In this document: piece after piece, positions 1 to 8,700 of the stretch | How positions within the stretch are numbered: position 1 is the first letter of the stretch | How the letters are laid out: each line of letters starts with the position of its first letter | Source of the DNA: a virus | Direction: 5' to 3' (one strand) | DNA length: 64,000 bases | Virus record (IMG/VR): IMGVR_UViG_3300020469_002640 | Span: 1 to 64,000 of that record | The notes under the pieces: model-generated | What the model saw: the letters and a program-made list of their open reading frames with translations, nothing else | Databases searched by the model: none | Told to the model about the DNA's origin: nothing | Translations under genes and position numbers: made by a program

Positions 1-1716
1 GAGAAGGTAATATGGAACGACGCTACTAAAGCATATGTTCAAGGTGTTATTAAGAAAGCAGCTGCAGAAGCTACTAAGCTGATACAAGCAGAGCTTAAAG
101 ACACAGACATTGTTCAGTGGCTTGTATCTTGTAGAGATATTCTCACTAAAGCAAATGGATCTTCAACACTAGGTAGGATTGCTAATATTATTGATCGGCA
201 GTCTATTAACCCGCAGTTTGCACCTGACAAGAGTATTAGGTATGCAATGCCTAAGACTTTCTTTAAAGGTATGAATGCTAAGAAGGTTACAAAGCTTAGA
301 GACTACAGAACTGGTAAAGACAGTCTTGAGAGAGATGAGTTTGACGGATGGTCAGGTGTAAGTACTACTAATATTTACATTAAAACAGATGAGCAGTTTA
401 ATAAGTACAAAGATTTGTATTTACTACAACAAGCTCAAAAAGACGACTATCAAGAAAACATTGTAGTTATCAGTCCTCCTACTATTGCTATACCTAAAGC
501 TATTAGTTTGTTGGCTCCTGGACCAGAGAAAGGGAAAGCAATGGCAGCATACAATGCTGAAGTTACTAGACAACAAGCTAAGTTTGCATACTTTCAATCT
601 TCACCACATGTTAAAAGCTATGATGAGATAGAAGTTAGCGATGAGTGGCTAGAAGACTACAAGAAAGAAGCAGCTGCAGCTGAGAAAGTTGCAACGTTTG
701 AGAACATTACACCTGCAGAGCGTCGTAAGATAGAAGAGCGCATGGTTGCTTTTACTCTTAGAGAAGACAAGAAGCGTAATGATGGTAAAAACTACACTTG
801 GGATAAGATCGAGCCTAAAGCTAAAGAACTTATGCAAAGTGAGAATACTATTTATTATGGTAGTACTGTTGACGAAGCAAAGTTTATGCTTGCTGCTGAT
901 ATTATTGGTTGCTATGCTCCTACATTTGATAAAGTTTTTCCTGAAAATACATGGTATTCTTGGAACGAGTGCAAGCAAGGTAAAATGTTTTACTATGAGC
1001 AACCGCCTGTTCGTGTATACTCAACGTATGGGGAAGACAAAGGTCAACCTGTAGAATGGGCTAGACCTGACAAGATGCAAGATCAGTGGGATACGCCGCA
1101 GCTTATTAGAGTTAGAGAAACGTATATTAAACACATTAAGAAGAACCCTAACTGTAAACACATTGATGAGTTTTTCTTACAACTAAATTCAGATGGAGGA
1201 TACACTATGGATTCATACTTAATTAAATGGCTTACTGGTAAAAAGATCCAGGCGGTCAAAGACATGCGACACTTGTCTGCGCTTAAACACATTAACCCTG
1301 AACTCTTTGAGAAGTTTAAGGAATGTTATGAAGCTGCAGAACTAGTCACTTCCAAGTCTGGAAAGTGGTTTGATATGGGTGACGAAGATGACTCTATAGT
1401 TACAGAAATCAAGAAGAATGTAAAAAGGATTGCTGCATTCCAAGCTTATTGCGAGGAAGTTACAGATCCTGCTTTGATTGCTGCTAAGAGTAGAGAGTTG
1501 TTTGTGTTAGATATGCCTAATGCAGGTGCATATGATACTAAACTTGTTTCTAACTGCCAAGAGTTGGTAGAGTACAACGAAGAAGTATCTACTTTGTTAT
1601 CTACTATAGGTGAGTTTGATGTACATCCTAACGCAGCTCCAGACATTAGTCCAGAGCTACAGAAGGAGATTAGTGTATACCTAGATGCAAAAGATAGACT
1701 CCAATGGGAAAGCTAG
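1..1716 (+). CDS. rIIA: rIIA-like protein, C-terminal part (5'-truncated by window)
   Basis: Frame is open from base 1 (EKVIWNDATKAYVQGVIKKAAAEA...) into the 247..1716 ORF, so the Met at 247 is internal. Call rests on size and position upstream of a clear rIIB; the N-terminal HATPase domain would lie outside the window. Confidence 0.65.
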   Translation, partial: EKVIWNDATKAYVQGVIKKAAAEATKLIQAELKDTDIVQWLVSCRDILTKANGSSTLGRIANIIDRQSINPQFAPDKSIRYAMPKTFFKGMNAKKVTKLRDYRTGKDSLERDEFDGWSGVSTTNIYIKTDEQFNKYKDLYLLQQAQKDDYQENIVVISPPTIAIPKAISLLAPGPEKGKAMAAYNAEVTRQQAKFAYFQSSPHVKSYDEIEVSDEWLEDYKKEAAAAEKVATFENITPAERRKIEERMVAFTLREDKKRNDGKNYTWDKIEPKAKELMQSENTIYYGSTVDEAKFMLAADIIGCYAPTFDKVFPENTWYSWNECKQGKMFYYEQPPVRVYSTYGEDKGQPVEWARPDKMQDQWDTPQLIRVRETYIKHIKKNPNCKHIDEFFLQLNSDGGYTMDSYLIKWLTGKKIQAVKDMRHLSALKHINPELFEKFKECYEAAELVTSKSGKWFDMGDEDDSIVTEIKKNVKRIAAFQAYCEEVTDPALIAAKSRELFVLDMPNAGAYDTKLVSNCQELVEYNEEVSTLLSTIGEFDVHPNAAPDISPELQKEISVYLDAKDRLQWES

Positions 1717-2564
1717 CCTTTGTAACTAGGAGAGCATTTGATATTAGATTTTCAGGTAGATCGACGGATTTCATATCTCCGTCGTTTGGTTATGGCTGCT
1801 TGTATAACTGTTCATACTGTTATATGAAGCGCCATAAACCTGATGGTCTATCAATTGCTAAAAACACAGGCGATATACTTACTGAAATAAACAATCATGC
1901 TTATTTCACACCAGTAACAAAGCCAAACCAGACGCATCCTGTTTTTACTACGTATGACATTAGTTGTAACGAAGACTTTGCTTTGCATGCTAAGTATCAC
2001 GACTGGGAAAGGATCTTTGAATTCTTTAGAGATCATCCTGTTGCGATGGGTAGCTTTGCTACTAAGTATGTAAATCCAAATCTAATTAAATTTGACCCGC
2101 AAGGTAAAATACGTATTAGATTTAGTCTTATGCCACAAAGTAGATCCGACATTCACGAGCCAGGCACATCTAAAATTATTGATAGAATAAAAGCTATTAA
2201 TGCATTTATAGATGCAGGCTATGATGTACATGTTAACTTTAGCCCCGTAATTTTATACGATGGCTGGATGGAAGAGTACGAAGAATTGTTTGATATGCTT
2301 AATGACTATGTAGACTACAAAGAACAGGTTCTAGCAGAAGTTATATTCTTGACACATAATGAGAATAAACACAAAGCTAATCTTGAAAAGCATCCGCATA
2401 CCGAGGATGATTTATGGAAGCCAGAAATACAAGAGCCTAAAATCTCTCAGTATGGAGGTAGAAACATAAGGTATAATAGGCACTTAAAATCTGCTTACAT
2501 GCATGGGTTTAGGCTTAGACATGACGAAATAATACCTTGGAACACAATTAGATATATGTTTTAA
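1704..2564 (+). CDS. splB: Spore photoproduct lyase family radical SAM protein
   Basis: CxxxCxxC motif GCLYNCSYCY, then YDISCNEDF (position of the SPL H-donor Cys), ATKYVN, RIRFSLMP, HEPGTS..RIKA, HVNFSPVI and EVIFLTH, matching the SPL motif order. Confidence 0.85.
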   Translation: MGKLAFVTRRAFDIRFSGRSTDFISPSFGYGCLYNCSYCYMKRHKPDGLSIAKNTGDILTEINNHAYFTPVTKPNQTHPVFTTYDISCNEDFALHAKYHDWERIFEFFRDHPVAMGSFATKYVNPNLIKFDPQGKIRIRFSLMPQSRSDIHEPGTSKIIDRIKAINAFIDAGYDVHVNFSPVILYDGWMEEYEELFDMLNDYVDYKEQVLAEVIFLTHNENKHKANLEKHPHTEDDLWKPEIQEPKISQYGGRNIRYNRHLKSAYMHGFRLRHDEIIPWNTIRYMF

Positions 2565-2863
2565 TGAACACTTTAAAAACAAAAACAGGAAAGCCTATGA
2601 CCCGCAAACAATTGTGGGCTCGTAGACGAAACTGGGAATTAAAAATGTTGCGATACCTTACACATGAACTTGATTTTAGATTTCATTGCAGATGCGATGA
2701 AACTAAACAAGGAGATGGAGGTCAAATTAGATCTGCAACACTTTCCCTAACAGAGTTAGATAAATATAAGAAAGCTATTGAACTATTGAAGAGTTTAACA
2801 GACAATTGGTCTGCAGAACACCAACAATTAAAACACAAAATAGATTTCTCTAAATTTGTCTAA
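2564..2863 (+). CDS. Hypothetical protein (99 aa, basic N-terminus)
   Basis: TAATG overlap with the SPL stop; fills the gap to rIIB. Confidence 0.7.
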   Translation: MNTLKTKTGKPMTRKQLWARRRNWELKMLRYLTHELDFRFHCRCDETKQGDGGQIRSATLSLTELDKYKKAIELLKSLTDNWSAEHQQLKHKIDFSKFV

Positions 2864-2909
2864 CCAATTAAAAATCAGTAAATTAGTAACCCAAATAAAC
2901 AATTAAACT

Positions 2910-4070
2910 ATGATTACACTAAACGTAATTGATGATGTGATCTCAGGATCATATGGAGATAAAAACTTCTCCGTCACGTACAGCAAAGAGCTGTATGAAA
3001 GTATGATGGTACTTAGAGGATTAGCAGATGATGCTGTTAGTATTGCAGAGTACAAAGATATTTTAGAGCAATTTAGTAAACTTGCTGTAGAAGATTATAC
3101 TAAAACAATTGAAACTGAGTGTGAGCACATTCATGTGAACAAAGCTACAGGCCAGTTTTTTCTTAAGAGTAATGGTGTAGTGTCAAGTTATCCTATGCCA
3201 CAAGCTTTGGTAGATAGAATATTTGAGTCTATCGACAAAGGCTTATCTTTCTTACCGCTTGTTAAGATGTGGACTAGGTGGCTGCGTAACCCTATACTTA
3301 GAAAGAAAGGTGTAGATGCTGACTTTTCAGAGCGCTTCTTTAACTTTGTAAATCTAAAATATGTACACCCTAAGCTAAAAGAGGAGCTCATGGAAGAGCA
3401 CGGCCTTAGCGAAGAGGTTGCAGACCGTAGAGCTACTATGTATCAGATGAAGATTACTAGCGAGGGTTTACTTAACGGCTACAAAGTATCTAGAGAAATC
3501 TTACATAAGTTTGATAGAGAAACTGGCGAGCAAGTTGACCGTTACAAACGTACATTTAATCCTGATACGGGTGAGATCGAGGGCGATGGCCTGCCTGAGC
3601 ACGTAGAGGACCGCTTATTTGAACCTGCAGTTATGGGTTCAAGTGGAGATGCGTTCTATTGCGAGGGTGTAAACGGCTATGGCTCTCCTCAACATTTTAT
3701 CAAAGTTGGATGCAGACATAGATTGCCAGATTGGTCTCATGTAGATACAAACGACAATCGCTCTTGTGTTAAAGGCTTACACTTAGGTGGTCTTAAGTAT
3801 ATCGCATGCTACAGCGGCGAGATACACAACATCTTTGTAGATCCTATGCACATTGGTGCTGTGCCTGATGACAATACAGGTGCTATTAGATGCTTAGAGT
3901 ATTTTGTTCACTCTTCTCTTGTAGGTGTCAACGGTTCTATCTATCATAGCTCTACTTATGCAGCTATGACTGATGAGCAGTGGGCAGACATGCGAATTGA
4001 AGCAGTAACAGAGTATTCAGAGTGTAAAGAGTCTTGCGACAGAGATGTAGCAGAGCTTAACGCTATATAA
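2910..4070 (+). CDS. rIIB: rIIB-like protein
   Basis: ITSEGLLNGYKV, then C-terminal VDTNDNRSCVKGLHLGGLKY...VDPMHIGAVPDD..IRCLEYFV, matching the rIIB CSxGLH...VxPxDxxxVPxD pattern. A-rich leader. Confidence 0.85.
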   Translation: MITLNVIDDVISGSYGDKNFSVTYSKELYESMMVLRGLADDAVSIAEYKDILEQFSKLAVEDYTKTIETECEHIHVNKATGQFFLKSNGVVSSYPMPQALVDRIFESIDKGLSFLPLVKMWTRWLRNPILRKKGVDADFSERFFNFVNLKYVHPKLKEELMEEHGLSEEVADRRATMYQMKITSEGLLNGYKVSREILHKFDRETGEQVDRYKRTFNPDTGEIEGDGLPEHVEDRLFEPAVMGSSGDAFYCEGVNGYGSPQHFIKVGCRHRLPDWSHVDTNDNRSCVKGLHLGGLKYIACYSGEIHNIFVDPMHIGAVPDDNTGAIRCLEYFVHSSLVGVNGSIYHSSTYAAMTDEQWADMRIEAVTEYSECKESCDRDVAELNAI

Positions 4071-4071
4071 T

Positions 4072-4103
4072 AATTAGGGGGCCTAGTGCCCCCATAATTT
4101 TTT
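4072..4103 (+). terminator. Probable intrinsic terminator after rIIB
   Basis: GGGGGC-CTAGT-GCCCCC stem-loop (4077-4093) followed by ATAATTTTTT. Confidence 0.7.
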
Positions 4104-4107
4104 CATT

Positions 4108-4851
4108 ATGAAAATAGCACTAATAGATGCAGACAGCCTACTGTATTATGAGATGGGTAAAGATACCCTAGAAGAGGCGATGGCGGGAATAAATGACAGA
4201 ATAACAACTATACTTAATACTACAAAAGCAGATGCTTATTTTGGATTTTTAACAGAAGGAAAATGCTTTAGATACAGAATTGCTAAAACAAGGCCGTACA
4301 AATACAACAGAAAACTTAGTACTAAGCCTCCAATCTTTTATGCATTACGAGAGTATATAAAACAAAGATGGGGCTTTAAAGGTATTCTAGGCTTAGAAGC
4401 AGATGACTGTGTAAGTGTTTATTCTACAAAAGTAGCAGAAACAAAAGGACAATCATATGTAATATGCAGTCCTGATAAAGATGTTCTTAGACAAGTGCCA
4501 GGAAAGCATTTTAATTTTCAAAAAATGGAATGGGTTAATACATCAGACGAAGATGCTAATAAGTTTTTGTGGATGCAAACACTTATGGGAGATTCAACAG
4601 ATGGTATACCCGGTATTCCAGGGCTAGGCGCCAAAACAGCTGAAAAAATTATTAATGCAAACGATGGAACTACATCACATGAGCAAGATGTTTTAAAAAT
4701 TTATGTAGAAAAGTTTGGTCAATACGATGGAATTTGTAAATTTACAGAGACGTTCAAACTTGTCTATTTACTCAAAACTGAGGAAGACATTCTTTATAAC
4801 ATACGGAAACCTTTAGAGCCAATAGAATTTATAAATTATCTTAATTCTTAA
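4108..4851 (+). CDS. 5'-3' exonuclease / flap endonuclease (T7 gp6 / T5 D15-like)
   Basis: IDADSLLY, YKYNRK, LEADD, SPDKD and the H3TH motif GDSTDGIPGIPGLGAKTAEKI. Confidence 0.92.
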   Translation: MKIALIDADSLLYYEMGKDTLEEAMAGINDRITTILNTTKADAYFGFLTEGKCFRYRIAKTRPYKYNRKLSTKPPIFYALREYIKQRWGFKGILGLEADDCVSVYSTKVAETKGQSYVICSPDKDVLRQVPGKHFNFQKMEWVNTSDEDANKFLWMQTLMGDSTDGIPGIPGLGAKTAEKIINANDGTTSHEQDVLKIYVEKFGQYDGICKFTETFKLVYLLKTEEDILYNIRKPLEPIEFINYLNS

Positions 4852-4861
4852 CTTTTTAGGC

Positions 4862-5590
4862 ATGACTGAAACAAAACGTAAAACTCAAATTAAAATTGTT
4901 TCCCCCTTAGAAGTCCGGGTAAATGGATATGACTCTTTAATACAAGATGTAAATTTTGGTAAAAGTGTTATGTCCATAGACCTCCCGGATGGGAGAAGCT
5001 TTACTATTGGACAAACCGCGATGTTCAATAAAATTCCTTACAAAATAAATACAATTGAAAAGCATCAAACCTCAGACTACACACTAAGAGTTGCAAACAG
5101 AACAAAATCATCTTTGCTACTTATGCCTATGTTTAATGGTGATAAGCGGCTATACATGTATGACAAACTATTATTAAATTGTTTTATAGGAAAAAATTTA
5201 GACACACTTGTTTTAGTATACAGATTTAGTGGAGACTCTACATTTTTAAGATTTGAAAGCGCACTTAAATCGTTTAAAAACTTTAAACTAACAGAAGATC
5301 CTAATGAGTACTGTGTAAAATTTGAATTTAACGTTCCAAACAAATTACTTAAAGATTTTGATTGCTTTATTACAGGTAAATATTCTGAATTTAGCACAGA
5401 CTACAAAATGCAAATCTTAAAATTTCATAAACTAGATATACAAAGTCAAATAGCATCTATTTTATTTAAATCAGAATCTCGACGGCTTGCTTTAAACGAA
5501 AAGCTTGGAGTTGAATTAGATCAAGATGCAGAATTATTAAGCATAATAGATATTAAAAAAGAAACTTTTAATCTTACAGATTATTTTTAA
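4862..5590 (+). CDS. Hypothetical phage protein (242 aa)
   Basis: Long ORF co-oriented with the exonuclease and ending at the convergent hairpin; no motif recognised. Confidence 0.8.
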   Translation: MTETKRKTQIKIVSPLEVRVNGYDSLIQDVNFGKSVMSIDLPDGRSFTIGQTAMFNKIPYKINTIEKHQTSDYTLRVANRTKSSLLLMPMFNGDKRLYMYDKLLLNCFIGKNLDTLVLVYRFSGDSTFLRFESALKSFKNFKLTEDPNEYCVKFEFNVPNKLLKDFDCFITGKYSEFSTDYKMQILKFHKLDIQSQIASILFKSESRRLALNEKLGVELDQDAELLSIIDIKKETFNLTDYF

Positions 5591-5617
5591 AGGGCGGGCA
5601 GTAGCCCCCCTTTTTTT
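5589..5617. terminator. Terminator at the convergence of + and - transcription units (possibly bidirectional)
   Basis: AAAGGG-C-GGGC-AGTA-GCCC-CCCTTT hairpin followed by a T7 tract on +; lies between two convergent stop codons. Confidence 0.75.
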
Positions 5618-5621
5618 CTTC

Positions 5622-5762
5622 CTATCTTGGTCTGCCTGAAAAAAATGCAATATAAATAAGTGGAATATATATGTGGAATTCCCAATACGGATGTATTTCT
5701 GTAGGTTCAAATGTTCTTACTCCAAATAATAATCCTGTGTATGCTCCTATCTCAATGTCCAT
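5622..5762 (-). CDS. Small hydrophobic protein, 46 aa (not in ORF track): MDIEIGAYTGLLFGVRTFEPTEIHPYWEFHIYIPLIYIAFFSGRPR
   Basis: Hand translation. ATG overlaps the TAA of the 1842-aa gene (TAATG) and the TAG stop sits immediately before the terminator. Confidence 0.7.
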   Translation of the reverse strand: MDIEIGAYTGLLFGVRTFEPTEIHPYWEFHIYIPLIYIAFFSGRPR

Positions 5763-8700
5763 TATCTTTGTCTTGTTTTATCTGTTTCTCTAACTTCTAA
5801 TACATTAAATACTGCGTCTAGACCAGGTACAAATTTAGGTGTATAATGTAGAGGGCCTGTTTTATCTTTTTGATTATTTTCTCCAAGTGCAACGTCTCTA
5901 ATTTCATCAGCTGTATTACTTGCTAACTTTACTATGTTAGAAGCCATAGAAATAAGCGGAATACCTGTACTTCTAGAATCCATAAATTCTCTAGGATCTG
6001 CAAATACAGCTGTCTCTCTATATGCTCTATTCATAATTTTATATACCTGTCTTCCTGCCCATGACTGTCGCATATCTATTTTGCCGTCGTCATCCCAGTC
6101 GCCGCCCATTAGCATTAATAGCATACCTAGAAGCATTACGCCACGAAACTCCATCATAAAAGCCCTAATGTTACCACGCTTCATATCTAGAAACTCTTGA
6201 TACATCTTTTCTTTTTCAGCTGGATCTTTAAACCTTTCTGCAAACTCTGGATTAGTAATATTTTGTGCTACAAACTGATCAAATGCAGCTCTAGCTTTCT
6301 TTTCATTTACTTTGTAAGTATTTGTTACACCAAAAGTTACAACATCTAAAGCTACTTTTGCAAGATCTTGACCATACGCACCTATAAGTTGAGCTATACC
6401 TACTTCAGCATTTATAAGCTGTTCTATTGTTATATCTCCTCCTAAATTACCAATACTTGTTGTCCAAGTACCCTGATCAAAGTTTTTAAGAATATGGTCA
6501 TAACGAGCTCTACCAAATCTTTCCATAGCTACACCTGGTAACCAAGACTTGTAGTGCATAAGCAATCTAAGAAATAACGTATTGTTATAAAGAGCTTTAT
6601 CTTCATCAGTCATAGATCCTTTAACTTTATCACTTATACGCCTAGCAACTTGTCTAAAGTTTATTTCTCCAGAGTCTTGCATGTTGCCTATTTTAACTTT
6701 GTATCTATTTCTAGCAGACTTAGATACATTAGCTATTGTTGCAGACCATTTAGGATCTTCTTCTAACTCCATAAGATCTATAATACTTTTAGAACCTTCA
6801 GGTAGCCTAGACAGCAGTGTTGGATCTCCATTTTCGTCTAACCCATAGTTTAAAGCTAACGCATATATAGCAATAGCATCAATACCTCTATCAGCCGTAC
6901 CAAGCATTGTAAACCATTTATCGTTTGTTAAATGTTTAGTTATGAATCTGCCTGATAATCTATCTGCTCTATCACTAGCAATATCAAATTGATAAATATC
7001 AAAATGTTCTGCAAGTGCTCGCATTTTAGGATCTGCAGTCATAAGAGCCTTTTGTGCCTTTGATAAGTTGTCAGGAGTAATATACACGCCTTTAGATGCT
7101 TGCTGTCTAAGACCAAACTGTCCTGCTATAAATGCACCAAATGCTACAGGAGCTTTTAAACCTAGCGTTGTTTGAGAGTGTAACATCTTTAAAGACATTA
7201 ACGTTTTAATACCGCTTAAACCTAATACATTAAAGTCTTTACTATCAACCTGAGACCCATATACGTATTGGTCTACAAAATCATTAAATACTCTAGATGA
7301 TCCTTTTGAATCAAAAATTTGTCTAGCAGTTCCAGATAAATTAGTTAAAATTTTACCAGTTAAGTTATCAGTCTGTAGTTCTGTTGCAATGTTATTTTCT
7401 AATAACATGCGCATAGTTTCTATTTCAGGTAATACATCATCTTTTAATTTGTAATCCATAGCAGCGCTACCTAGCAATAATAAACTCTTACCTAAATCTC
7501 TACTTTTTAGAGAGTGGTCTATATTACCTTTAGCATCTACAAGTGGCCGCACGTACAGTCTAGGTATGCGTCTAATAAGCTCTCCAGTGTTTTCATCTCG
7601 CATACCAAAACTAAGGTCATGCTCTCGTATTTGCATTGACTCTAACATAGATTTAGACATACCTTTAAATCCATCTTCAAGCAAATGTTCCATAGTATTT
7701 TTATGGATGTTAGCTATGAACCCAGGTCCAAGCTCTTGTCCAAACATTTCTTCAAACTCCATAGTTTTTTCTATATAAAAATCATAGAAGTTTTTAAGCT
7801 CAGGAGTGTTTTGTATTTTTTGATATTCAGGAGACACGTGCATTTCTTTAGGCTTTAAGAACCATCTACCTCCGTGACTAAGCATTGCAGTTTTAGGAAA
7901 CTTTACAATGTTATGCATTTTGTCATAAATAAGAAGTTCTCTATCAATTGCTTTTTGATTACCTTTAAACTTTCTTTTTAAATTTGTTAAGTATTGTTTT
8001 CTATATATAGGAAACTTTTTATCAAACTTTTCTTTATCTATTTCTGTGTTGTTTTGAAGCCACTGTAGATCTCCAGATTTAATAGCTTTTGCTCTAGCTA
8101 CATAAAAGTCTCTAGTGTACTTTTGTACAAGATTTCCTGTATCGTCGTTAATAATAAGATCAAAAACTTTAGTTCCTTCATAACCATTTCTTTCGCCCCA
8201 CTCTAGCAACGGAGTTTGCACATCTTCAATTTCTTCTGCAAGAGTTTTAACAGATTTTCTATGCTGGTGCTGCATGTCTGTTACAATATTGTACAAAGTC
8301 CGTAGATACGGATTATTTTGCTTAGAAAGTGTTACAAACTTTTCAGTTATAAAATCTGTAGATGTGTTAAAATCTTTAATTCCTTTTACACCTCTAGCTT
8401 CAGAAAACTCAACTGCTCTTACCATTAGCTTGTCTTCTAATGCGCTTTTTAGATTAGTTAAAAATCCTGCAGCCTGTTGACGAACTTCTGCATAGTCTTT
8501 TCTATCTTTTTCAGAAGCTTCATTGTTTAGATGCTCATTATAATCAGAAGTTTCTAAAAAGCCCATATAGAACATAGTATCAGACAAAGCTGCTTGCAGT
8601 TCTTCTAAGCTCATATAATCAGGATTTGGAACTTGTTTACCTTTTTCTGTTATAAACTCATCGTCAACTGCTAGATTTTCTAAAACATCTTTTAACTCTG

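Noticed and set aside
2851-2858. TAAATTTG matching the Bacteroidota -7 promoter element (TAnnTTTG) upstream of rIIB
   Set aside because: No TTTG -33 element at the expected spacing; a single short match in AT-rich DNA is insufficient.
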